This document shows positions 40,097 through 53,951 of a DNA stretch of 64,000 bases, one piece after another (within the stretch, counting starts at the first letter, position 1; each line of letters begins with the position of its first letter). This stretch comes from Geosiphon pyriformis uo1. Lineage: Eukaryota; Fungi; Glomeromycota. The DNA is taken from assembly GCA_016748015.1 (NCBI GenBank), contig JAAOMT010000523.1, forward strand, positions 866,156 through 930,155. Direction: 5' to 3'. The position numbers and the translations under genes were made by a program. The notes beneath the pieces were generated by a model. That model saw only the letters and a program-made list of their open reading frames with translations, had not been told where the DNA came from and did no database searches.

Positions 40097-43000
40097 GATA
40101 TCCAGGAAAATATGCCATAACATTGGAGCCCAATACGCGCACTTGTATCGATTTGAAGATAGCATTGGAAATCCCGGCAACAACAATGGTTCAATTAGCA
40201 TCCAGATCTAGTTTAGCAAAGAAAGGAATTAGCATCAGAGGAGAAATAATTAATGCAGTATATGTAGAAAATATCATTGCAATGCTATAAAATGAATCAG
40301 AAAAACCATATATAATTGAACCAAACGAAAAGATAGCACAGGCAATATTCCTACCTTTGGTGAAAATAGCTCAATTAGTGCCAGTAGAAACAAGGGAAGA
40401 GTTAGGGATTGCAGCGAGAGAAAAAAATGGATTTGGATCCATGGGTAGAATAGACATACCAGTCAATATGGCAAAGGAAAAAATCATTAATAAGGAAAAA
40501 ATTATCTCCACCAATCAATCAGTTTTCATTCCACCATATGACCAGCATATGTTAGTAATAAAAAGAAAAGTAAGAAACCAGTCCCAGATTTTTGAAGCGG
40601 AACCAACTATTTGTGAATCAAGAAAAATTGGAATTACCAATTTCTACATACTAGCCAAGAACTATAAGCACATTAAAATTCCCATCTACAATACAACTGG
40701 AGACACCATTGAAATACCAAGTAGAATTATCATCAAATACTTGAATACTGAAGTTGAAAACCAATCACCAAACACCATTTCAGATTTTCCACAATTGTGT
40801 AAATATGTGAATATTACATCACAAATAATATATAGATAAGAAAAATGTTATTTGCTTTAACCAGAACAATTAAACCAAATAAACTTGGAAAACTTAGACC
40901 CATTTTAACATATACAACTCAAAATATTACTTAATAATTTCATTAATATCTTTGTTAGTGAAAATAAATTTGGCAGAATTGACATTATTCAACACCAAAT
41001 TAAAACCAAAAATACAATATCAATCAAACAAAGAGCATACAAAGTACCACCAGCAAGTTATAAGATCATCCAACAGGAAATCAACAGAATGTTGAACAAT
41101 AGATTAATTCAAATATTTATAAGTTTATGGTTATTATTAATAGTACTAGTTCAGAAGAAAAATGGAAAAATCTGCTTTTGTGTGGATTACAGAAAGCTTA
41201 ACAGTATTACTCATAAAGACAATTATCTAACTCCATAAATTTAAGAACTATTTGATGCATTTGAAGGAAAGAAATGATTTTCAACATTGAATCTAGACAG
41301 TAGTTATTGACAAGTAATTATAAACCCAGCTGATAAAAAAAAGACAGCATTTATAACCAGAGAAAGGAACTTTAAATTTAATGTTATGCCTTTTAGCTTA
41401 ATGAATGTTTCAGCCATCTTCCAATGATTAATGGAAATTGTCTATACTGAATTACTATGAAAATTAGTAGTAGTCTATTTGAATGACACCAATGTGTTTT
41501 CTAAAACATTCAATAATCATCTTTATTATTTTCAACAAGTATTTAAAAGATTAAGGAAAGCTAAATTAAAGTTAAATGCTATAAAGTATTTCTTTGGTAA
41601 AATAAAACTGAAATTCTTGGAATATGTCATAAACAAAAACAGCATTAAAATGAATTCAAATAAAATTGAAATAGTTAAAAACTTTTTAGTACCAACAAAT
41701 CTTACAGAATTAAGAGCATTTTTGAGATTTGCTGAATACTATTGCTGCTTTATTCAGAACTTTTTTAAATTGGTTCAACCATTTTACCAGCTCCAAGCCA
41801 AGAATATGAAATATGAATGAACTAAAATTTAACAAGAAGCTTTTGACATCTTGAGAAGAAAACTTATCTAAGCTTTAGTATTAATCTATTCAAATTACAA
41901 CAAATTATTCATTATTACCACTGATATATCAAGTCAAGCCTTGGGAGCAATATTGTTACAAAAAAAACCAGATAAAAGAGAACATCCAATAGCATACACC
42001 AGCTAAAACTTAAGCTCAGCTAAAAAAAATTATAGAACTCCAGCATTAAAATATTTGGCTATCTATTAGACTGTTATAAAATAGAAAAAATATTTGAATT
42101 AAAAGTTTGATGTGTATACTAATCACAAAAGATTGACATCAATTCAGAAGCAAAAATTTGCAAACAACTATCATGCAAAATAAAAAATAAAATTATCATT
42201 ATTTAATTATATAGTACATTATAAAAAAAGAAAAAAAAATAAAAATGCTGACAGTTTATTGCAAATAAAACAAATCTAAGAACATTTTAACCCAAATATA
42301 TAACAAAAAATAAACACACAAAAATATCAATAATATCAATATTATATTAATACTCAACAGTTCAAAGAGAAATTATCTTAAAAAGAACAAAACAACATAA
42401 AACAACAAGCAAAATATTTTATCACTTACCAAAATATATTATACTAAAAAAACAGAAAAAATTTAGATCAACCACTTAAAATAATTACAGAACCAAAGAA
42501 AAAAACAATATTATTCAAAATGCACTTAGATCCAACAACAGAACATTTTTATAAAAAAGCAACCATAGAAAAAACCAGAAAAAAATACTATTGGCTATCT
42601 ATATATTTAGATATTATTTAATATGTTCAAAATTGTAATGCTTGTCAAAGAAGAAAAGGAACAAGATTCAATGAACTACTAAGTCCAATTAAAATAAGAC
42701 AATCATTTAATTGAATTGAAATTGACTTAGTTGAACCATTAATAATAACCAGTAGAAGCAACTATTATATAGTAGTAATCATAAATTATCTTACAAAATG
42801 GCCAAAAGCAAAAGCAATACAAAGAGCAAATGCAGAATCTATAGCTAAATTTGTTTATCAAGATTTGATTTATTAACACAGATGTCCAAAAAAATTATTA
42901 TCAAATTAAAGAACTCACTTTGTAAACAAAATACTAATTAAATTGATTCAAAAATTTAGAATTAAGAGATCATTATTATTATTATACTATTTACAAACAA

Positions 43001-44259
43001 ATAACTTAATCAAAAAATTTAACAGAATATTGTGTAAAGTGATAGCCAAGATCAGCCAAGAAAACCAGAACAAATGATATTTGTTTATACTATCAATATT
43101 ATTTGCTTATTAAACAATAAAGCAAAATACCATACAAATAACATTATTTAAACTTGTTTATAATAAAACAGCAATATTATCAGTAGAAATAGACATTAAA
43201 ACATATCTAATAAAATCAATAACAAAAGCTAACTTCCAAAGAACATTGCTAAAAAAACATACAAATTAATAGAAACTTTGGAAAACAAAAGATAAAAAGC
43301 AGTTAACAATATTTAAAAATCACAAAAAAAACAACATAATAACCAATTACCAGATAAACCAGTTGAATTCAAAATTGGAAACAAAGTACTCTTATATCAT
43401 ACCAAAGTGAAAAAACAATAAAGTAGAAAATTTGACTCCAAGTAAAACAGACCATTTTATATTAAAAAAATTTTAGGAAATAAATCTTATAAACTAAGAT
43501 GAGACAATAAAATTTTAGCTAAAGCAACACATAAAAATTAATTAAAACCATATTATAATATAGCATCATTATTTATCAATAATATTTTACAACTGGAAAT
43601 ACAAAAAATATTAGTCAAACCAGATAAAATTCCACAAAATCTAAAACCAATTATTATTATTAAAGCAAACATGTCAAATTAAGCTATTAAAACAGTACAT
43701 AAAAAACTAACACACATGACAAAAACAGCAAGAAAAGATAGAAATCATCAACAACATTTACTCACTTGCACAACAATTATTACAACTAATTCAACAACAG
43801 AAATTAAGTCTAAAAGTCATCATTAATAAATACATAATACAATACAAAAACAAAAGAATATTATGAAAAGACCAAACCAAAGAGCAATATTTTAGATGCT
43901 ATACTTCTGAGAATACTATAGATAAAATAAGAGAAAAGATAGAAAAAACATTGAAAAATTCAAGAATATCAATACCAGAAAAAGAATTGATCTTAAAAAA
44001 TTGGAACCAATAGATACAACAAAATCTAAAAAACTTTTATTACTATTAGTTAGGACAACAGTTAAGCATCAAAAACTTATATACTAACAAAACAAAAAGA
44101 AAATTTGATCTAATTTAACTACAACAAATTAAACAACTTGTTAAAAAAAACAATTTATTTACATATGCAAGAGTCATTTATCAATTATAAATAGAATTTT
44201 GAGATAGACTAGAAATATTATTACACTTAATAATAGATATTATCAATAATTCTAAGTAA
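40081..44259 (+). mobile_element. Element A: degenerate Ty3/Gypsy pol fragment (dUTPase-RT-RNaseH-IN-extension); no LTR seen
   Basis: AGFDLRYP/SRSSLA/KIAQAIF/NGFGSMG (dUTPase), FCVDYRKLN, VMPF.L, YLND (decayed YLDD), RNase H, and integrase IDLVEPL/YLTKWP. Many premature stops. Confidence 0.9.
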
Positions 44260-44545
44260 AGAATTTTGGTATTTTGGAATTCTGAAATTCTGCAATTTTT
44301 TCATAGAAATCCTGAAATTCCTCTATTATTATGTCTACTTTTAATTGGCTATTTCTCTAACTATAATATTCTTAATTTCTATAAATAACATTATATCTTT
44401 CTTTTTAATATTAAGCTTTGTTGAAATTTTTTAAACTTTCTAAATTTTCTTCTTAAATTAGCTTTATAACTTTCTTCTCCAGAATTACTTTTGTAATTTT
44501 TATCTGCAATTCTTTAAATTAAGCAATGATTAATTTTTTTAATAT
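44260..44545 (-). mobile_element. Inverted fragment of the same family: end of the IN extension, PPT and start of an LTR
   Basis: The reverse complement reads AAAAAGAAAGATATAA|TGTTA... and is colinear with 47050-47420. Confidence 0.7.
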
Positions 44546-44549
44546 GTTT

Positions 44550-46439
44550 TACTTGTAAAAAAACACTATTTGACAAAAAAATATAGAACAATATTTATAG
44601 TCAAGAAGAAATATGTGATATATCATGTTAATATATGATTTTTATTAGCAATTGAATGAATTGAAAAACACTTTTTAATACTGCATAGAACCAAGTACTC
44701 TTATACTTAGACAGTTATCTATATAACAAAGACAAAATCTAGTAAATAGAAAGTATCAAAGCTGAAAACACTTTGTTCAGTAAAATATTGGCAATTAAAA
44801 ACAACCTACCAGAACCAATTGAGACTATTTTTATTTCAAACTCAGATATATTTCTTGATATTTTAAGTAATTTAAAACAATTTTATGAACACTACTAAGA
44901 ATTGGCATCTATTAAGAAGGAGTAAAAACAATAATTAGAAAAGCTAAACACTTAACTATGTGACCATTGTTTAATACTATGTGACTTTAAGTATTGTAAT
45001 AAATATGACCTTATTTACAATTTATCACAACAAATGATCTATTCAATCTCTAAAGAAAAAAAACCAATCAGCAAGTGCACAGTGAAATCAGAAATAAAAT
45101 TCAATTTCAATTTAAACTTTGACAATAATAATAATAATGATTTCAACTCTGTTCAATATGGTAACAACAATAACAATTCAAACTTTAATCACAATTCCAA
45201 ACAATATATTATACTTTCAGATCTTTCTATGAAGCAAAAATTAAGATAGTTCAATAATAATAATGAAGGTATTATGCCAGAATGTGTATATGATATTAAT
45301 ATAGGATTTGATCTAAGATATTCAGAAAAATATGCCATAATATTGAAACCCAATACATGTACTTGTATTGATCTAAAAATAGCATTGGAAATTCTGGCAA
45401 CAACAATAATTCAATTAGCATTCAAATCTAGCTTAGCAAAGAAAGAAATCAATATTAAAAGAGAAATAATTGATGCAAGATATATAAAAAATATTATTAC
45501 AATATTATAAAATGAATTAAAAAAACCATATATATTGAACTAAATGAAAAAATAACACAGAGAATATTTCTATTTCTGGTAAAAATAGCTCAATTAATTT
45601 TAATAGAAACAAGGAAAAAATTAAGAATCACAATAAAAGAGAAAAATGTATTTGAATTCATAAGTAAAATAGACATACCAGTTAATATGGCAGAGGAAGA
45701 AACTATTAATAAAAAAAATTATCTTTACTTATTAATCTGTTTCTATTTTATCATATGATCAGTATATATTAGTAATAGAAAAAAAAATAAGAAACCAGCT
45801 TCAGATTTTTGAAATAAAACCAATTATTTGTAAATTAGAGAAGATTAGAATTACTAATCTTTATATACTGGCCAAAAACAATAAACACATCAAAATTCTC
45901 ATCTATAATACAACTGGAAACATCATCAAAATACCAAATGGAATCACCATTAGATACTTAAACACTAAAGTTGAGGATCAACCACCAAATATTATTTCAG
46001 ATTTTCCACAATTGTGCAAATATGTGGATATTATATCACAAACAATATACAGACAAGAAGAATGTTATTTGCTTCAACCAAAACAATTGAACCAAATAAA
46101 CTTGGAAAACTTAAATTCACTTCAGCATATGCAACTCAAAATATTATTTAACAATTTTACTAATATCTTTGCTAGTAAAAATAAATTTGGCAGAATCAAC
46201 ATTATTCAACACCAAATCAAAACCAAAGATACAATGTTAATCAAACAATAAATATACTAAATACTACTAGCAAGTTATAAAATCATCTAACAAAAAATCA
46301 ACAGAATGTTAAACAATAAGTTAATTCAATCATCAATAAGTTCATGGTTATTACCAATGATACTAGTCCAGAAGAAAAATAGAAAAATCTGTTTTTGTGT
46401 AAATTATAAAAGACTTAACAGTATAATTTATAAAGACAG
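44550..46439 (+). mobile_element. Element B: degenerate pol fragment (Cys-rich modules, dUTPase, start of RT), cut by the LTR of element C
   Basis: LCDHCLILCDF.YCN, GFDLRYS and FCVNYKRLN; ends abruptly at 46439. Confidence 0.85.
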
Positions 46440-47279
46440 TATTACAGGTGATTATTTGGAGTCTTAAATTAAATAACAAACCCATAACTTGGTGCTAATA
46501 GCTGATCTGATTGTTATAATCTGAAGGTTTTGGTTGAGTTCTTTGTATAATAGACAGAAATTTAATGGTTGTTTTCCATAGTCTCTCAGAATTGCAATTC
46601 TGTCAATTTTTTTCTTGGCTTGGTGGCCAGCAATCTTCTGGTAAGCAATCTGTATTTTTTACATGTTTTACTCACTTGTAGGGGTTTTTTATCAGGCAAT
46701 CTTTGATGTTAATAACTCAGCACTTTAATCTTTAATCAATTAGTCAACAACAAAAAATAACAAAAAAATAAAAGAAAAATAAAAATAAAAGAAAAAAAAA
46801 TAAAGAAATAAACCAAGGCAATAAATGTTAGTATCTCATCAATAGCCATGATCAAGAGCTATTGTTCCAGTGTGGTTTAGGTATCAGCTATTATCAACAT
46901 AAAAAGTTGATAGTGGAGAGTGGATTAAGATAATAAATAATTATTTATTGATATTTTGTAAATTAAAAGGTTGCTTAGATAAAATCTAAACTGAGAGGTT
47001 TGTCTTTTCTATTTCTAATGCTACTGCTATATATACATAATTGAGATTCTTCAATTCCTCAATTCTTTTCACCAGGAATCCTAGAATTTCTGGAATCCTG
47101 CAATTTTTTTGAGAGAAATCCTGAAATTTTGGAATCCTGTAATTTTTTGTATGAGAATTCTGAAATTCCTGAAATCTTGCAATTCCTCTAAGAAGAATCC
47201 TGAAATTCTCCATTTACTATGGCTACTTCTGATTGGCTAATTTATATGCTAATATACTTTTTATACTCTTTAAGTAATA
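46440..47279 (-). repeat. 3' LTR of element C (~840 bp)
   Basis: Decayed TGTTAC...TGTAACA termini. Purine tract AAAAGGAGAAAATAA immediately upstream on the minus strand. Homologous to the LTRs at 53083, 62119 and 63855. Confidence 0.85.
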
Positions 47280-48730
47280 TTATTTTCTCCTTTTAATATT
47301 GAGTTCTGTCAAGATCTCCTAATTTTAATTCTCTATTTTTGAGTATTTCTTGAACTTTTTTCTTAAGAATTACTTGTGTTATCTTGTTCTGTAATTCTTC
47401 AAATTGAGCATTGGTTATTTTTCTCATTTGGTTAATGATAATAGTGTCTATTGCTGGATTGAGTAAGATTTCTAATTGGTCTTGAAATCCAATTTGCAAT
47501 TAATAAATAGCTTGTACTTATATAATTAGATTGTTTTTTCTCACAAATTGCTCAAGTTGTTATAAAATTTCTGGATCAAATAATTGTTTTGTTTTATCTG
47601 TATATAAGTTTTGAATATTTAAGTATTGTCCCAAGTGAAAATAACAAAAGTTCTTTAGAAATTTTTGTATTTACCACTTCCAAGTTTCTTTGGTTAATTT
47701 TTAATATGTGGTAACACTTGTTGGCTTTTCTATCACCAATTTTACTTTTAGAATTATTTTGTTAACAGTGTTTTTTGGTTTCTTCTGTACTTTGTATTGG
47801 GGTATTTTTTTTGTATCTTTGTATTAAATAGTTTGTTGATTAATAATAATTTCTATATTCTGTTGTTAAATTAATTGAAAAAGTTGCTGTGTTAATGAGT
47901 GAATCTTGTTAGTAATTTTCATTTTTCTGATATTTTCCATTGCATCTACCATACCTTTATATATTCTTTTGGTTAATTAATTTGGTGTGTTTGTGTCGAT
48001 AATGATAATTGGTTCTAGATCTCATGAAATCTCATCTGGTCAAACTAGTATTCTCTATACTCTTAATTGTGGGATATTGATACTATATGGTAATATGGTT
48101 TTAGTTGATCACTATATGCTGCTTTGGTTAAGATTTTGTTGTTTAACTTTAATTTATAAGCTCTATTTTCAAGAATTTCTTCTATGTAAAATGGTCCATT
48201 CCATTTGGGGTCAAATTTTTCACTTCATTGTTTTTCTGCTTTGGTATAATGTAGAAGTACTTTGTTTCCAATCCTAAATTTAACTGATTTATCTGGTAAT
48301 TGGTTATTATGTTATTTTTTTTGTTTTTTCTGTGACTTTTTAATGTTATCAACTGCTTTTTGTCATTTGTTTTCTAGTGTTTCCATTAAGTCATATGTTC
48401 TTCTCAACAATGTTTCTTGAAAATTGTCTTCTGTAATTGGTTTAGTTGAATATGTGTTGACTTCTATCTCGACTGGTAATGTTGCTATTCTACCATATAC
48501 TAATTCAAATGGTATTGCTTGTGTAGTGTCTTGCTTTATTATTCAATAAGCAAATAGTACTAATGGTATAAACAAATCTCATTTACCTTGATTTTTTTAA
48601 CTGATTTTGGCAATTGCTTCACACAATATTCTGTTAAATCTTTTAACTAACTTATTTATTTGTGGATAATATGATGATTATAATAGTCTTTTGATTCTAA
48701 ATCTTTGACTTAATTCTGCTAGTGTTCTGT

Positions 48731-49699
48731 TGTTACCAATAGAATTTTAGCTATTAATTAGCATGAAATTACCTTTATAATTCCTATTATTAAATAACAT
48801 ACATTATTATTATTTCAATTATTACTTATTAATTAATCAAATTATCAAAAATTATTACTCAACCAATAATCTGATTTGTACTCTAAAAATTAAGATGATC
48901 AAATTACACAATATCCTAAACCATTTAACATAGTCAAAATTCACTGAAATTAATAAAAATTGGCCGAAATAATCAATAGTTCAGTGAAATAACTTGTAGT
49001 TTGCCAAAATATATCTTTAGTTCACCCAAATTGTAGAAAAGAGAAAAGTGCAAGTTTAAAAACTAGTACTATAACAAGTTGTATAAAAGAAAAGCTTTTT
49101 TTTTCAAGAAAATATATCTTCTTATAGTATTTTAACATAGTATCTTACTTTAGATATCTTAATTGAAACAAATCACCTTTTACACATTCAAATAAAAATT
49201 AAATATTCAAAAACCAAATTCTTAAATTATTATACTTGAAATTTCCTCAACACAACTAACGTTTTGAAATTAATTAGTTACCAATTTCAATAAACTATTA
49301 GTAACTTCAGGTCTGGATAGAAAACATTTCCCTTAACAGAATTCTATTTCTTTTATATTTCTTTTATTTTCTTTTATTTTCTTATTATAATTATTAGAGT
49401 AGTCTACAGATGAGATTTCTGTAAAAGAGTTGACTTTTACAGCAAAGTAACTACACATTTTAGTGAACTTCCAAATAAGCAATTCCTGGAAAAGAGTTGA
49501 TATTTACTACAACATAACTACATAAAGTAACTGGCATGGAATTGGCCATTTCATTTATAAGCCCAACAGTTCAAATTATAAGAGATAATTTAAAGATAAA
49601 TTCAGTTACTGAAGGTCCAACTACTTTCTGAGAACGTGAATTTACAGTAGATCAACATTAACAACATTCAAGAAAAGAGACCAAAAACCTCTGGTAACA
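48731..49699. mobile_element. Element E: 969-bp solo-LTR-like insertion of a different family inside the integrase of C
   Basis: Termini TGTTACCA...TGGTAACA (perfect 8-bp inverted repeat), flanked by the 4-bp direct repeat CTGT (48727-48730 and 49700-49703). The host integrase frame rejoins when the insertion is removed. Confidence 0.85.
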
Positions 49700-52600
49700 C
49701 TGTTTACAAAGTAAGTTCCTTGATCTGATAGTAGTTTTTTTGGATATTTATGTTGACAAATTAGATCTTAATAAATAAATTCAGCAACAGATTTTGCATC
49801 TGCTTTTTGAATGGCTTTTGCTTCTGGTCATTTAGTAAGATATTCTATAACTACTGCAATATATTTGTTATTTCTGCTGGTTATGGTTAATAATTTGACT
49901 AAGTCAATTCCAATGTGATTAAATAGTTGTTCTATTTTGATTGGTCTCAATGGTTTACTGGGTCTTGTTTCTCTTCTTTTTTGATAAGCATTACAATTTT
50001 GAATGTATTAAATGATATCTGAATACATAGATGGCCAATAGTATTTTTTTCTGATTTTTTCTATGGTGGCTTCTTTGTGAAAATATTCTGCTATTAGATT
50101 TGAGTACATGTTGAATAATATTGTTTTTTTTTTTGGTTCTGTGATTACTTTGGTTGGTTGATCTGAATTCTTTCTGTTTTTTTGATAAAATATAGCTTGG
50201 TGAGTAATAAAATATTTGGATTGTTGTTTGATATGGCTTCATTTTTTTGAAGATAAATTTTTCTTGAACTGCTGGGTATTAATATAGTGTTGGAGTTGCT
50301 AATATTTTTGTATATTCATCTTTTGTTATATTTTTGGATTGAAATGTTTTTAGATTTGTCTTATTTGTGACAAACTGTTGGCATTTCTGTTTTTTTTTCC
50401 TTTTTTGTAATGTACTGTATAATTAAATGATGAAAGTTCTATTTTCTATTTAGCATAATAATCATCTCTGAATTTTTGTTTTTGGATTGAAGTTAATCCT
50501 TTATGGTCTGTGTATATGTCAAATTTCTGGCTTAAGTATTTTTTCCATTTTATGACTGCTCAATAGATAGCTAAGTGTTTCAATGTTGGTGTTTTATAGT
50601 TTTTTTTAGCTGGACTTAAGCTGTGACTAACATATACTACTGGGTGTTTTTTTTCATCCAGTTCTTTCTGAGATAGTACTGCTCTCAATGCTTGACCTGA
50701 CATATTGATTGTAATTATGAATGGTTTGCTATGATCTGAATAAATCAATATTGAAGCTTGAATAAGCTTTTTTCTTAATGTATCAAAAGTTTTCTACTGA
50801 GTTTTTGTCTATTTATATTTGGTGTTCTTTGTTTGAAGCTGGTGTAATGGCTGAGGCAGTTTGGAAAAATCTTTGATGAAGTGGCAGTAATAATCTACAA
50901 ATTCCAAGAATGTTCATAATTCAGTCAAGTTGGTGAGTATTGAAAAGTTTTTAACTATTTTAATTTGTTTGTATTTGTTTTAATTCCATTTTTGCTCACA
51001 ACATATCCCAAAAACTTGAGTTCTGTTTTGTTAAAAAAACACTTGGTTGTATTTAGTTTCAACCCTACTCTTTTCAGTCTTTTAAACACTTGCTGAAAGT
51101 GATGAAAATGATTATCAAATGTTTTTGAAAACACATTGGTGTTGTCCAAATACACGACTACTGATTTTCATAACAGTCTAGTATAAACAATTTTTATAAG
51201 CTGTTGGAATGTTGCTGAAGCATTTATCAAGCCAAATAGTATTATTTCAAACTCAAAATTTTTTTTTTAGGTTGTAAAAGCCATTTTCTCCTTATTTTCT
51301 GGTTTTATGGCTACTTGCCAGTAACTACTGTCTAAGTTTAAAGTTGAGAACCATTTCTTTCCTTCAAAAGCATTGAAAAGTTCTTGGATTTTTGGGATTA
51401 GGTAACTATCTTCTTTTATTACTTCATTAAGTTTTTGGTAATTCACACAAAAATGGATTTTTCTATTTTTTTTATGGACTAGTACTATTGGTAATGACCA
51501 TGAACTCATTGATGATTGAATTAATCTATTGTCTAACATCTAATTGATTTCTTGATGAATGATCTCATGGCTGGTTAGTAGTACTCAATATGCTCTTTGC
51601 TTAATTGGCATTGTATTTTCGGTTTTTATTTAATGTTGGATAATGTTTGTTCTGCCAAATTTGTTCTCACTGACAAAGATGTTATTAAAATTGTTTAATA
51701 ATATTTTAAGCTGCATACATTATAATAAATCTAAATTTTCTAAGTTCATCTGTTTTAATTGTTTTGGTTGGAGCAAATAATATTTTTCTCATCTGTATAT
51801 TGTTTGTAATATGATATTCACATATTCACACAGTTGTGGAAAGTCTGGAATAGTGTTTGGTAGTTGTTTTTCAATTTCAGTGCTTAAATATCTGATGACA
51901 GTTTCTTTTGGTATCTCAAAAACATCTCCTGTTGTATTGTAGATGGGAATTTTAATATGTTTTGGACTTTTGGCTGGTATATAAAAATTGATAAATCCAA
52001 TTTTTTCTGATTCACACATTGTAGTTTCTGCTTCAAAAATCTGTGCTTGATCTTTTACTCCTCTTTCTATAATTAACATGTACTGGTTATATGGTGGAAT
52101 GAAAATTAATTGATGGGTGGAAATAATTTTTCCTTTGTTAATAATTTTTTTTTCTGTCATATTAATTGGTACATCTATTTTACCTATAGATCCAAATCCA
52201 TTAATCTCTCTAGCTGTAATCTTTAATTCTTCCCAGTTTCTTACTAATATTAATTGAGCTATTTTAACCAGAGGCAGGAATATTGCCTGTGCTATTTTTT
52301 TGTTTGGCTCTATGATATAGGTCTTTTCTAAGTTGTTTTGTAGCATTGTAATGATATTTCTTATGTATTCTGTGTTAATTATTTTTTTTCTGATGTTAAT
52401 TTCTTTTTTCACTAAACTACTTTTGGATGCTAACTGAACTATTGTTGTTGCAAGAATTTTTAATGCTACTTTCAGATCTATACATGTGCATAAATATAAT
52501 TTAATTTGATGACTTCTTTTCCCAGATATCTCAAATTAAACTCTGCATTAGTATTATGTGCTTGTTTTGACATAATACCTTCATTATTATTGCTAAACCA

Positions 52601-53082
52601 TTTAAGTTTCTGCTCCTTAGAGAGGTTATAAAGCATGATATATTGTTCTGGATTTGAATCAAAGTTCAAATCATTTTCATTGCTATTTTGAATAAAGCTG
52701 GAACTATTATTATTATCATTGTCATTATTGAAGTTTGAATTGGGATTGAATGTCGATTCTGATTCTACTACACAGCTGCTAATTGGTTCTTCTTCTTTTG
52801 GAATTGTGTAGATTATGTGTGGTGGTGGATTGTAAATAAGTTTACACTCATTACAATACTGAAAGTCACATGGAATTAAATAGTGATCACATAATTGAGT
52901 GTTTAGTTGTTCTAAATATTGTTTTTGTTCTTCTCTAGTGGGTGTTAGATTCTGATAGTGTTTATGGAATTTTTCTGGACCTGCTTTAATATTCAGAAGT
53001 GCTTTTGGATTAGAAATGAGAATGACTTCAACTAGTTCTGGTGAATTGTTCTTTATTTCTAAAATTTTGCTGAGTAAAGCAC

Positions 53083-53951
53083 TGTTACTCATAAAAAGAA
53101 AACAGATATAGAAAATAGTAGTTAGCATGTGAGCACATTGCTCAGCAATATAAAGCAATGTCAGAAATCATAGCACATTGCTTAGCAATGTGGAGCGATG
53201 TTAGAAAATTAGGGCATATTGCTTAGTAATATGAGTATTGCTCAAGAAATTATAGCACATTGCTCGGGAATGTGAGCAATCTCATAGAACATCAATTATG
53301 TATATATAGCAGTAGCATTAGAAGAAAAAAAGACAGACCTTTTAGTTTAGATTTGATCTAAGCAATCTTCCATATCACAAATATTAATAAATAATTATTT
53401 CATATTTCAAATTCACTCTCTACTATTAACATGAAGTGTTGATAGTAATTAATACTTAACCATACTGGAACAATAGCTCTTAATCATGGCTATTAATGAA
53501 ATATTAACTTGCAATTGCCTTGGCTTATTTCTTATTTTTTTTATTTTTTTTTATTTTTTTTTGTTATTTTTTTTTGTTTTACTAAATTGATTAAGAATTA
53601 AAGTGCTAAGTTACTGATGTCAGAATATAGCACTGATAAAAGATTCAGGAATAAGGGTGAACACTTAGATTTGAAAATAGCTTACCAAGAGATTGCCAGC
53701 CATTATGCCAAAAAAAGAATTGATGAAATTGTAATTCTGAGAAGTGATGAACAACAACTACTTGAACCCACAGGTAATACTTGAAACACTATTAAACAAA
53801 AACTACATTGAAATTTTTGTTCATTATACAAAGAACTCAACAAAAACTTTTAGATACAAACAACTTTCAGAAACCAACATTATTATATTTATTTAGCACC
53901 AAGTTACAGGTTTGTTATTTGCTTTGAAACCCCAAATAATCACTTGTAACA
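53083..53951 (+). repeat. 5' LTR of element D
   Basis: Colinear with 62119-62964 and followed by the PBS. Confidence 0.92.

Noticed and set aside
39985-40290. In-frame fusion of the REase-like gene to the retroelement dUTPase, as suggested by the ORF track
   Set aside because: The upstream donor is phase 0 and the acceptor at 40047-40048 puts the exon in a different frame that stops at 40096. The listed ORF starts inside the intron.
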